Origin: Candidatus Lokiarchaeum ossiferum
GTDB taxonomy: Archaea; Asgardarchaeota; Lokiarchaeia; Sigyniarchaeales; Promethearchaeaceae
DNA: 32,000 nt
Reading direction: 5' to 3'
NCBI GenBank assembly: GCA_025839675.1
Contig: CP104013.1
Coordinates: forward strand, 2,160,001 to 2,192,000
The notes beneath the pieces are model-generated. The model was not told where the DNA came from and did not search any database. It saw only the letters and a program-made list of their open reading frames with translations. This document shows, one piece after another, positions 17,493 through 25,962 of the stretch. Made by a program: the position numbers and the translations under genes. Numbering within the stretch: the first letter of the stretch is position 1; every line of letters starts with the position of its first letter.

Positions 17493-18222
17493 CATTTAGC
17501 CATTTTTTAAACCAATTTGGCATGATCCATCCTAAATAGTAACAAATTATGGCGATCATTGGGAAAATCCAAGTAAGGTACAATAATAATGCATATACAT
17601 TAATTTGAGCAATAAAAATACTTGCTAGTGTATCTGCAACAAATGTTAAAAGAATCATGGATTGTCCAAGAGCGATTATTCTGAATCCAAGACTAAATTC
17701 ACCTACTTCAGTTCTACTTGCAATTTTTAGGGAAGATATAATTATACCAAGAATGGTAGGCAAAATAAAAATCACAACTAAGATACTAAATGCGAGGGAA
17801 ATTGTTAATAAGGGATAACCGCTACCATCCATAAACTCCGCAACATTCACAGAATTAAGTATCAAAGTGAATAAAATTATAATAACCCCAATAATCCAAT
17901 AGAAATAAATTACATTCTTCTTCAAAGAAAAGAAGATTTCTTGTGAGAATTGAAATGAGAACATAATTCCAAGAAATACTCCACAATAGACGATCTTTTG
18001 ACACCATATCACCATTTCGAGGTTGATTTCAGAGAAAAAATAAATAATGGTCGCAGCTAAAAATGCAAGATCCCAACAGAGAACAGAACAAGCGAGATAT
18101 AAAGTATTTTTCTTCTTTCGAGTAAAATATTTTTGTAATATCAATGTGAAAATGAATATGGTGATGATTGTTGCAACTGAACTTAAGCAACCAGCAATTA
18201 TTGCAATTGAAGATTGGGCCAT
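17464..18222 (-). CDS. hypothetical 7-TM membrane protein
   Basis: ATG start, 252 aa, seven hydrophobic helices, short charged C-terminus (NVQEDENKNK). No family recognised. Confidence 0.6.
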   Translation of the reverse strand: MAQSSIAIIAGCLSSVATIITIFIFTLILQKYFTRKKKNTLYLACSVLCWDLAFLAATIIYFFSEINLEMVIWCQKIVYCGVFLGIMFSFQFSQEIFFSLKKNVIYFYWIIGVIIILFTLILNSVNVAEFMDGSGYPLLTISLAFSILVVIFILPTILGIIISSLKIASRTEVGEFSLGFRIIALGQSMILLTFVADTLASIFIAQINVYALLLYLTWIFPMIAIICYYLGWIMPNWFKKWLNVQEDENKNK

Positions 18223-18292
18223 ATATTTGATAACATTGCGATTTATCGTTATAAAACTTCAGAAAAAAGAAGTTAGAATAGACACTTTTGTT

Positions 18293-19393
18293 TTATGCCC
18301 AAAATCGTCTTTTAGGGGTTGAAAGTCGAACCCCAGATTTGGCTTGAGCATAAACGTCATCTTCAATGCGAACACCAAATTTACCTGGTAGATATATCCC
18401 TGGTTCAACAGTGTATACATTGTTTAATAGTAGGGGATTTTCATTTGTTGCCAGCATATATGGCGATTCATGAATATCCAAACCAATACCATGGCCAGTC
18501 CGGTGGGTGAAAAATTCACCATAACCACTTTCTTGAATGACTTGACGGGCAGCAGCATCGACTTCTTGGCCAGTTTTCCCTATTTTTCCCATTAACACTG
18601 CTGCTTGATTTGCTCGTTCAACAATATCGTAAATTTTAAGAAATTCTTCTGTAGGAGTCCCAAAGAAAGTAGTATTGGTAATATCTCCCCAATAACCATT
18701 TAAAGTCGTCCCAGCATCAATTAGAACCACATCACCCTTCTTCAATTTACGTGATGTAGGCCCTGCATGAGGATTTGAGGAATTTTCTCCAAATTGAACA
18801 ATAACAAAAGAATCTTCTCCATTTGATCGCTCGGCATAGTAATCCTTGATAAATTTAGCAACTTCCAATTCTGTCATTCCTTCCGATAATATCTTAAAAG
18901 CAGCTTCAATTCCTTCTGCGGATAAATTGCTCGCCTTTTTCAACATTTCAATCTCAAGATCTGTTTTTGATATTCGAGCTTCTTCAAAAATCGATAAACC
19001 ATCACAAAATTGTGCTTTAGGTAATTTTTCTTGAATACGGCTGAACATCGTATAGGGCATTTGTGGAGAAATGGCGATCTTCCCTTCTTCAACATGAAGT
19101 TGTGCCAACTTTTCAGCAACGAGGGCAAAAGGATCTTCAATTTCTTCCCATCCAATAAGTTGATTTTCTAGAAGGAAAGTTCCTTGAGCAACATTACCAA
19201 TTTCAAAACAAGGTAAAATGATGAGAGGTTCGGAGAGAGGTGAAATTAAAGCAACAATCAATCGTTCAGAAGGATGAGCATTTAAGCCAAACACATAGCG
19301 AAAATTTTGCCCTAATGTACAAAGCATTGCATCGATCGTATGATTTTTGAGTAGAACTTGAATTCGTTTCAGATTTTGTTGGAGAGATTCCAT
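18293..19393 (-). CDS. M24-family Xaa-Pro dipeptidase / aminopeptidase P
   Basis: ATG start, 366 aa. Creatinase-like N-domain plus a pita-bread C-domain with the metal ligand set in VLIDAGT, GYWGDITNT, HRTGHGIGLDIHE, YTVEPGIY and GVRIEDDV. Confidence 0.9.
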   Translation of the reverse strand: MESLQQNLKRIQVLLKNHTIDAMLCTLGQNFRYVFGLNAHPSERLIVALISPLSEPLIILPCFEIGNVAQGTFLLENQLIGWEEIEDPFALVAEKLAQLHVEEGKIAISPQMPYTMFSRIQEKLPKAQFCDGLSIFEEARISKTDLEIEMLKKASNLSAEGIEAAFKILSEGMTELEVAKFIKDYYAERSNGEDSFVIVQFGENSSNPHAGPTSRKLKKGDVVLIDAGTTLNGYWGDITNTTFFGTPTEEFLKIYDIVERANQAAVLMGKIGKTGQEVDAAARQVIQESGYGEFFTHRTGHGIGLDIHESPYMLATNENPLLLNNVYTVEPGIYLPGKFGVRIEDDVYAQAKSGVRLSTPKRRFWA

Positions 19394-19452
19394 TGTTATT
19401 TCTAAAGATGCATAAAATTAAAATTATATACTAAGTAAAAAGATAGAAAAAT

Positions 19453-20625
19453 CTAGAAAACAATTAGCGGAACAAACATCTCATCTTCACTCAAGCCACC
19501 ATGATTACCAATGTGCAAATTTCGTTCTTCCCCTTCCAGTCTATCATTAAAAATGTAGTTATCACGCATCAAAAACACATAATCCCCAATTCGTTCTTCA
19601 AATTTAGGATGGCTTGGGAATAATCCAAAATAATTTGCAGCGATTAAATCCTCTCCTTTTTTAAGATCTCCAGCAAAGGAAAGATTTTTTTGAATATACG
19701 CTTCAAATTGAGCAACTTTTGCAGGTCGTACATAGAAAAATGGTGCACGTGGCTCCCCACTCAAAGGTAGAGTCAAACACTTATAAAGTTCAGGATGATC
19801 TTCCAAGAATAGCATTCTCTCAGGAGGAGTATCTATTAACCCATGGTCTGCTGTAATAAGTATTTTAGTTTGAGGGGATATTTGCTTAATTGAATGAATA
19901 AATTTTTCCAAATGATTCAAGAGGAGTGTAAAATGGTTTTGTGTATCCGGATGGGCAACACCCTTGCTATGGCAGGAGCTATCAAAATTTGGCCAATAAC
20001 CTAATAGAAAATTGGATGATTGGGATTTATTATTTTTTTTAAGGACTTTTAACATGGTTTTAAAGAATGACTTCAGACTGCCATATTTATAGCTGCATTG
20101 ACTGGTCTGACTTAAAACAACATTTCCATAAGGATTCCCGGCAATTTCTTTGGGGAGGAAAACAAATTGATTTCCATCACATTGGTTAAAAAGAGACTCA
20201 ATTTTTAAGATATTTTGAGCGCTAACAGTTTTAGTTTGAAGAGAATATCCCGTAGCACGATTATGGAAAGGAAGAATGGTTGAAATTAAGCCCAATTCCC
20301 GAAGATAAGTAAACCAAGAAGGAATAGCATGATCTTGAGGTGCTAAGCCCGTATAAAAAGTAGTCATCGCTGCTGCTGTAGTGGATGGAAATATGGAAGT
20401 CATTTTTGTTTTAACATTTTGAAATAAGAAGGATTTCGGAAAATATTTTGATAAGAAGTTGTAGCCCATGCCATCAACGACAAGTAATAACACATTTTTT
20501 GCCTCTGTTAGCTTTTCAGATGAAAAATTTTCTAACTCGCGATATGGCGAGTGTCCACCCATATGCGTTAAAATGGTGCTCATTAAGTTTACAATTGATT
20601 GATTTTCGTAGTTGGGCTTGATCAT
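19453..20625 (-). CDS. alkaline-phosphatase-superfamily metallo-phosphoesterase (stand-alone PglZ/COG1524-like)
   Basis: ATG start, 390 aa. AP-superfamily motifs LLLVVDGMGYNF, FPSTTAAAMTTFYTGLAPQDH (nucleophile Thr/Ser region), ITADHG and GNHGGLSEDEMFVPLIVF. The last resembles, from memory, the HGG-x-S-x-x-E-x-x-VP ending of PglZ-type domains. Confidence 0.7.
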   Translation of the reverse strand: MIKPNYENQSIVNLMSTILTHMGGHSPYRELENFSSEKLTEAKNVLLLVVDGMGYNFLSKYFPKSFLFQNVKTKMTSIFPSTTAAAMTTFYTGLAPQDHAIPSWFTYLRELGLISTILPFHNRATGYSLQTKTVSAQNILKIESLFNQCDGNQFVFLPKEIAGNPYGNVVLSQTSQCSYKYGSLKSFFKTMLKVLKKNNKSQSSNFLLGYWPNFDSSCHSKGVAHPDTQNHFTLLLNHLEKFIHSIKQISPQTKILITADHGLIDTPPERMLFLEDHPELYKCLTLPLSGEPRAPFFYVRPAKVAQFEAYIQKNLSFAGDLKKGEDLIAANYFGLFPSHPKFEERIGDYVFLMRDNYIFNDRLEGEERNLHIGNHGGLSEDEMFVPLIVF

Positions 20626-20638
20626 AAAAATTTCAACA

Positions 20639-21556
20639 CTATATTTCTTTTTCGGGGTAACGTTTTTTTAAAATTTCAGAAACTCGTTGGCGCAAAGCGA
20701 AATCGGAGAGGGGAATCTTATTGCGTTTTCGACCTAATTTTTCAACACAGCGCCAAGCTGTTTCGTCAATATTTGTTTCAGACCCCCATTTTGAGACAAT
20801 TTTCTCAAATTTCCCTTTCACCAATTTTTCGGTAAAAATTTTATGAATCAAGTTTTCAGCTTCCGTTTCATGCATTTTTTCCTTCAATTGAGAAAGATAT
20901 CGAATTTTATCATCAATGAATTCAATGAGAACTTGTTCTTTAACATAATTTCCATCATAAAACATTCGGGCGGAAGATAAATGCTCAATTTTATTATCTA
21001 ATTTTGATACAGATAAAGAATTCATTTCAAGGATACCCATTCGAAGAGATTTTTGAGCATCAGTAGACATTCGGTTTAGAAGATAAGATGAAAAAGCTGG
21101 AATCCTATCTAGGATATCCTCCACACTTTCATTTTTATTTTCTTTAGAGGATTCTTGAGGATAAACTTTCTCAACGGTGGAACCTTCTTCTTTTAAAGCT
21201 AGTTCATTATTTTTTTCCACTTTTTGGGATGACGAGGCAATTACTTCGTCAATTAGATCAGTATGTGATGGTTTATGGAGCTGGATCAATTCTGCAAGTC
21301 GGTTTTCATCTAAAACATAACCTGCTGGTTTTGTTCGAACATAATAAATTACATGGTTTTTTGTTAATTCCGCTTTGATTGTATTCACAGTCCATTTTTG
21401 AGGCAGTTGCGTCTCTTTTAATTTATCTAAAAGCGCTTTTGCGGGAGAAATTTTTGGATTACTTTGGAAAATTGCTTTAAGTTCAGCGATAAAAGGTTCA
21501 GAAATATACAATGGTGACTTTGATTTATGATTTGAATTGTTTTGAGTCTTCGACAT
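20639..21556 (-). CDS. hypothetical protein (305 aa), first gene of the minus-strand run; no family recognised
   Basis: ATG at 21556, 13-nt gap to the PglZ-like gene downstream. Charged, helical-looking sequence with a central low-complexity E/K/S region. The coding call rests on ORF length and operon context only. Confidence 0.5.
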   Translation of the reverse strand: MSKTQNNSNHKSKSPLYISEPFIAELKAIFQSNPKISPAKALLDKLKETQLPQKWTVNTIKAELTKNHVIYYVRTKPAGYVLDENRLAELIQLHKPSHTDLIDEVIASSSQKVEKNNELALKEEGSTVEKVYPQESSKENKNESVEDILDRIPAFSSYLLNRMSTDAQKSLRMGILEMNSLSVSKLDNKIEHLSSARMFYDGNYVKEQVLIEFIDDKIRYLSQLKEKMHETEAENLIHKIFTEKLVKGKFEKIVSKWGSETNIDETAWRCVEKLGRKRNKIPLSDFALRQRVSEILKKRYPEKEI

Positions 21557-23722
21557 GTTTTAAGCCATCGTAAATTTTTTTTTTTTTTCACAGAACAAAT
21601 TTTGCTTGAGTTTAATAATCCACAAAATCAAAAAAATTTTCTTAAAAAGCAATATGGAATATTTCTTAAAAGGACACTATTTGACATTCAGAACATAGAA
21701 AAAATTAGAGGAAAAAGAACTTTTTTTCAAATCTTGGTGAAATATTTGGGAGAACAACATCAGAAAGAAGAAATCGAAGCCGTGTATATTTCGATATTGT
21801 CTAATAATACACATCCATTTGAACAAGCAGTCAGTCGAAGTGATGTACGCTCCCAAAGCGATAGTTATGATATTGCTCGCCCTCATCAAGGAGCAGATCG
21901 CCGAATTGAACGAGCATTAAAATCGATCCAACGGAACCATCTTCCAAAATTATTGCCTTTATTAGGAGAAGCGGGAGCGGGGAAAACTCATTATTATTGG
22001 ATCTTAAAGGATCAGGAAACGCCTTCATATGAAGTTTTAGAATCAGATGAAAACCCTTGGGCAATCATTTATGTTCCTTCACCCCCAATGGCTCTTAATA
22101 TACCCCTTCATATATTAACATGTCTAATTGACGATCAAGGAGAAGATTTGATTGTTTCCACTGCCTTAAATCTTTTCAAGAAATTTAAAACTGATATTAA
22201 CTCTTCTTTTGAAAATGTGAAAAACCAAATTGTAAATTACTATGGAGGGCTACATTCCGATGTAATACGAGTATTACTACAATTCATTTGGCCAGGAATA
22301 ACCCAAGAAGAAAAAATATTATCAAAACGATGGTTATTTGCAGATAACTTAACTAAGGAAGAACTGACAAAGCTAAAGGTTAAAAATAATATTGAAAATG
22401 ATGATGTCGTCTTAAATTTACTCCATATCATTGATGAATACTCTGGAAGAACTTTAATTTACTTCTTTGATGAGATGGAATTAATATACCGAATGTTTGG
22501 AGCAGAAAGTGAAATAAAACTGTGGGAGATAATTAAAAAACTATTTAATGAATCCCGTAACTCTCTCTTTCTCACCACATGTTTGTTAGATGTTTGGGAG
22601 AGAGTAACAAATAATTTAGACTCAAGCGTGATTTCACGATTTGAACCTGAAATACAGCTTCAATCCTTCAATCAAGAGGAATGTCACTTACTTTTTGCAT
22701 CTCTAATGGAACATTTTTGGAAGCAATATTATTTGGCAAATCCTCCCAATCCATATTTCCCTCTTTCTGAAAATATAATCAACTTCATCTATACTAAATC
22801 AAAAGGCAATCCACGCCAAATTATCAAGCTTATTTCTAAAATTTTAGATCAAATTATATTGGAAGAAATTGAATATGCTGGGATAGATGAAGGAGCAGAT
22901 CCTCAAGAAGTATTACAATTTGTTGCCAAATATTCTGAACAAGAAGAATCAAACAAGTTTTCAGAACCCACTCCGGAAGATTTTCGAGTTTCTCAACAAA
23001 ATACTCGAGATGAGGTCATTGAGATTAATCAACTACTTCCTCAAGTGCTCCAACCCAAAAATCGTAAAGCGAAATTGAGTGTAAATGATGAAGAATATTT
23101 TGTTGAGATTAATCCAACATCTATTATATCGGCTTTAATGTCTTTATTAAATAAAATTGATGAAAAATTGTTCAAAAATGTATCTAATTTTCTCAAATTA
23201 ACAATTAATTCATCCTATGACCTCCAAGGTGTGAGAAAAAATTTAGCGATACTTTTAGAGCTCCCCCAGAAAAACAAAAAAATTGGAATAGATATTCCTG
23301 CCATAAATAAATTGGGAAACTTATCTAAAGCAAAGGCATATTATTCTGTTTTAGACTGCACAAATGCAATTAATCGAGGAAAATTCGATCGCATGATTTT
23401 GCTTCTCCCAGATGGGTTAATTGATAGAACAGGACAAATTATATCAACCCTACAAGATTATAGTGATGATTTTCTTCTTATAGAATTTTCTGAGGATGAT
23501 GCGCTGAAATTAATTGAAGCTACTGCTCCTATTAATGTGTCTACCTTAAACGAAATAGAACAATTGAAAATTTTTCTAAATTTTTGCTTCCCAAACCAAC
23601 GGATACTTTCTTCATTGGAAAATCTTCTAAAAAATGAAAGAAAACAAAAATCATCCCCCCCGGATGATTTAGATGAAAAAATTGACGATTTAAGAAATTT
23701 TCTATTGAAATTAAATAAATAG
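21542..23722 (+). CDS. P-loop NTPase (AAA+/ORC-like or DUF2791/BrxD-like ATPase core) with an unassigned ~280-aa C-terminal region; start codon uncertain
   Basis: Walker A LLGEAGAGKTH (aa 141-150 of the maximal ORF), Walker B TLIYFFDEMELI, and a lid-like KSKGNPRQIIKLISKIL. The segment RWLFADNLTKEELTKLKVKNNIENDDVVLNLLHIIDEYSG upstream of Walker B resembles, from memory, the pattern in DUF2791/archaeal-ATPase families. There is no in-frame ATG before aa 183, which lies past Walker A. A non-ATG start is therefore required: TTG 21542, TTG 21602, TTG 21734 or GTG 21737. Confidence 0.7.
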   Translation: MSLRHVLSHRKFFFFFTEQILLEFNNPQNQKNFLKKQYGIFLKRTLFDIQNIEKIRGKRTFFQILVKYLGEQHQKEEIEAVYISILSNNTHPFEQAVSRSDVRSQSDSYDIARPHQGADRRIERALKSIQRNHLPKLLPLLGEAGAGKTHYYWILKDQETPSYEVLESDENPWAIIYVPSPPMALNIPLHILTCLIDDQGEDLIVSTALNLFKKFKTDINSSFENVKNQIVNYYGGLHSDVIRVLLQFIWPGITQEEKILSKRWLFADNLTKEELTKLKVKNNIENDDVVLNLLHIIDEYSGRTLIYFFDEMELIYRMFGAESEIKLWEIIKKLFNESRNSLFLTTCLLDVWERVTNNLDSSVISRFEPEIQLQSFNQEECHLLFASLMEHFWKQYYLANPPNPYFPLSENIINFIYTKSKGNPRQIIKLISKILDQIILEEIEYAGIDEGADPQEVLQFVAKYSEQEESNKFSEPTPEDFRVSQQNTRDEVIEINQLLPQVLQPKNRKAKLSVNDEEYFVEINPTSIISALMSLLNKIDEKLFKNVSNFLKLTINSSYDLQGVRKNLAILLELPQKNKKIGIDIPAINKLGNLSKAKAYYSVLDCTNAINRGKFDRMILLLPDGLIDRTGQIISTLQDYSDDFLLIEFSEDDALKLIEATAPINVSTLNEIEQLKIFLNFCFPNQRILSSLENLLKNERKQKSSPPDDLDEKIDDLRNFLLKLNK
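21575..21588. repeat. T14 homopolymer tract in the divergent region between the 305-aa gene and the P-loop ATPase gene
   Basis: Direct reading gives cgtaaaTTTTTTTTTTTTTTcacag. The tract lies 19-32 nt from the minus-strand ATG (21556). It also lies inside the maximal plus-strand ORF (codons KFFFFFT). Confidence 0.9.
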
Positions 23723-23726
23723 CTCC

Positions 23727-24266
23727 TTAATTGGGATGTAAATATTTAATTAATCGATATGTTTTTTTACCTTGGCATTCAGGACATACCACTTTTGATC
23801 CCTTAGGCTTAGTCTTCTTCCCAACATCTGTAATAATGGAAGCCCATTCAAAACCACAATCTTGACAACCGAATCCTGAGAATTTAGTTTTGCTATCAAC
23901 ATCAGTAAGTTCTGGAACCAGTTTTGAATTTTTTTTTATAGTGTTCTCTTGATTTTTTTTAGATTTGGTTGATGAAGGGACATTATCTAAGGGATGAGAT
24001 TGAATTGAAATAGCATAACCTTCAATAAAGGCTTTTGCGAGCTTTTCATATGCCCGACTTACAATCCGAGAGTATGTAGTTTGACTGATGGCCATTTCTT
24101 CAGCAGCATCAGTTTGTTTTTTGTGATCATAATTTCTTAAACGTAAAGCTTCAAATTCTTCGGCTGTAAGAAAAATTTTTTCAGCATTCTTTATTCCTTC
24201 GGGCCGATAATTGCTCGATTTAGGACGAATACTAGAAATATTTCTATATTTGTGCGGTCTACCCAT
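23727..24266 (-). CDS. DUF134 (UPF0251, COG1342) putative DNA-binding protein with a C-terminal zinc ribbon
   Basis: ATG start, 179 aa. Canonical DUF134 N-terminus MGRPHKYRNISS...YRPEG....IFLTAEEFEALRLRNYDHKKQTDAAEEMAISQTTYSRIVSRAYEKLAKAFIEG (HTH-like). Then a K/N/S-rich linker, then CQDCGFEW...VCPECQGKKTY (C-x2-C ... C-x2-C). Confidence 0.75.
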   Translation of the reverse strand: MGRPHKYRNISSIRPKSSNYRPEGIKNAEKIFLTAEEFEALRLRNYDHKKQTDAAEEMAISQTTYSRIVSRAYEKLAKAFIEGYAISIQSHPLDNVPSSTKSKKNQENTIKKNSKLVPELTDVDSKTKFSGFGCQDCGFEWASIITDVGKKTKPKGSKVVCPECQGKKTYRLIKYLHPN

Positions 24267-24285
24267 TAGTTTTCCCTCTATATTA

Positions 24286-24321
24286 ATCTACAAAAATGAA
24301 TATTTATGATAAATTGTAGAT
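24286..24321. promoter_or_regulatory. 8-bp inverted repeat ATCTACAA-N20-TTGTAGAT bracketing a TATA-like box upstream of the DUF134 gene (candidate operator)
   Basis: Arms at 24286-24293 and 24314-24321. The spacer contains AATATTTAT (24299-24307; minus strand ATAAATATT) about 37 nt upstream of the ATG at 24266. A GAGGG SD-like element sits between them. A third half-site-like TTGTAGCT is at 24503-24510. Confidence 0.3.
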
Positions 24322-24567
24322 ATACAAAAAGTGGTTTTTCGTATATAAGAATCTTTCGACTATATATACAAATTTATCGTTTGAATCGATCATCCCAAAT
24401 AAATTAGGTTCAAATCTAAAAAAAAAAGGAAAAATATTCACTCCATTTTTAATTTACCCGTTTCACAACCATATTGGTTTTCTTAAATATAATAAATATT
24501 TTTTGTAGCTATAAAATTGTTTTTTTTTGAATTATAAATCGAAAAATTTGAAATTGAGTTATAGAAA

Positions 24568-24575
24568 ACTTTATA
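24568..24575 (+). promoter_or_regulatory. TATA-like box (ACTTTATA) for the plus-strand NifX-like/MinD-ferredoxin gene run
   Basis: The sequence is aaaACTTTATAcagtgggattacc. The predicted transcription start is near 24598, giving a ~28-nt leader with AGGT (24612-24615) before the ATG at 24627. Prediction only. Confidence 0.3.
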
Positions 24576-24626
24576 CAGTGGGATTACCTTTATGTGAATA
24601 GGTATTCGTATAGGTTTGAAAAAAAA

Positions 24627-25013
24627 ATGGAAAATCAAATTATTGCAATTCCAAGTCAAATACCTGGAGGCTTAGACGCTCAGGTAGACACACGATTTGG
24701 ACGATGCAGAGTATTCACAATCGTCAATATAGTGAATAATGCCATCGGAACAGTTAAAATTGTTCAAAATGGAGGAAACAACGCTATGGGTGGCGCAGGG
24801 CCTGTTGCAGCCCAAACTATAGCCCAAGAAAAAGCAAAATGTGTTATAGGTGGAAATTATGGTCCAAATGCTGCAAATGCATTGTCACAAGCGGGAATTG
24901 CAACTTATGGAACAAAAAATGGCACTGTTAAAGAAATTATTGATCTTTTTCTCGCAAATTCACTACCTTTGATCTCTGGATCGAATGTTGGATCCCATAA
25001 TGGTATGAATTAG
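24627..25013 (+). CDS. NifX/NifB-C-terminal-like protein (dinitrogenase FeMo-cofactor-binding domain family PF02579, COG1433), copy 1
   Basis: MENQIIAIPSQIPGGLDAQVDTRFGRCRVFTIVNI...GGAGPVAAQTIAQEKAKCVIGGNYGPNAANALSQAGIATY fits the family pattern (I.A.......l...FG.a..F.i.. ; G.G..aa..L...g...vi.g..Gp.a...L...gI). The track start at 24594 is GTG. I prefer the ATG at 24627. Confidence 0.8.
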   Translation: MENQIIAIPSQIPGGLDAQVDTRFGRCRVFTIVNIVNNAIGTVKIVQNGGNNAMGGAGPVAAQTIAQEKAKCVIGGNYGPNAANALSQAGIATYGTKNGTVKEIIDLFLANSLPLISGSNVGSHNGMN

Positions 25014-25048
25014 TCTTTTTTAATGGAAATTTTCAATCAGGTAGAACA

Positions 25049-25960
25049 ATGACAAAGACAATAGCCATCACAGGCGGAAAAGGGGGAACTGGTAAAACCC
25101 TCATTGCAACAAATCTTGCGATAAATTTAGCTAATAATGGATATAAAACACTTTTTATTGATTGTGATGTCGAAAATCCAAACTCTAATATTCTTTTGGG
25201 TAAGTCTCTTACGACTCCAGATGTAGAAAAGGAATCGATCGCGATATATAAACCGAGTTTTTTACAAGAATCATGCACTAAATGTGGAATATGCCGTAGT
25301 GCATGCTATCGCCATGCAATTTTGCAATTTCCGGACCATTTCCCTTCAGTTCTGGAACATATGTGTTCAGGATGCAAAACATGTCAAAAAGTATGCCCAA
25401 ACGGTGCCATCATTACTGATTCACGTATCATAGGAAGTCAATATTTTCTTAAGCAAGCATATTCAAACTTAGATCTTCTCGTAGGCGAGTTAAATCCCTC
25501 TGAAGCAATATCAGTAAAGATAGTGGAAGCTCTTTTCCACTACTCGGAGAAATTAAGTGAAAAAGCGAACTATGACTTCATAATAATTGATACTGCACCA
25601 GGAGCACATTGCGATGTAGAGAAATCTATTAGTGATGCCGATCTAGTTATAGCAGTCACTGAACCAACTCCCTTTGGGGAACACGATTTAAACAGAATTT
25701 TAGATCTATTGGATGTAGTTGGACAAAAAGCAGATATTATCCTAAATAGATCTAACCTAACCCACTATCAAGAACCTCTCCGTTCTCTCGCAAAAACTAG
25801 GAACTGCAACATAATTGGGGAAATTCCCGTAGATAGTGTAGTGATTGAAGATTATGCTAAAGGATTACCATTTGTTTTAGATACTCGTAATTTCCCAGCA
25901 AAATCTGCGTTTAATTTGATTTATTCCAAAATATTGGAAGGAATAACAATGGAGTTGTAA
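25049..25960 (+). CDS. MinD/ParA-superfamily P-loop ATPase with an inserted 2x[4Fe-4S] ferredoxin domain (COG1149), paralogue 1
   Basis: AGGT SD, ATG start, 303 aa. Deviant Walker A with signature Lys (ITGGKGGTGKT). Insert with CTKCGICRSACY and CSGCKTCQKVCP. Walker B/switch II FIIIDTAPGAHCD, with Cys seven residues after the Asp. Confidence 0.85.
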   Translation: MTKTIAITGGKGGTGKTLIATNLAINLANNGYKTLFIDCDVENPNSNILLGKSLTTPDVEKESIAIYKPSFLQESCTKCGICRSACYRHAILQFPDHFPSVLEHMCSGCKTCQKVCPNGAIITDSRIIGSQYFLKQAYSNLDLLVGELNPSEAISVKIVEALFHYSEKLSEKANYDFIIIDTAPGAHCDVEKSISDADLVIAVTEPTPFGEHDLNRILDLLDVVGQKADIILNRSNLTHYQEPLRSLAKTRNCNIIGEIPVDSVVIEDYAKGLPFVLDTRNFPAKSAFNLIYSKILEGITMEL

Positions 25961-25962
25961 TT

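Noticed and set aside
17464-18222. Microbial rhodopsin or heliorhodopsin, because of the 7-TM topology
   Set aside because: The seventh helix (NVYALLLYLTWIFPMIAIICYYLGWIM) has no Lys to form a retinal Schiff base, and no other rhodopsin motifs were recognised.
24594-24626. GTG/TTG-initiated N-terminal extensions in the ORF track: 24594 for NifX-like copy 1, 27425 for copy 3, 5434 for the ligase, and 29463 and 29729 for the small ORFs
   Set aside because: In each case a nearby in-frame ATG gives an N-terminus that matches the family consensus, or has a better SD/TATA context. The extensions add non-conserved residues.
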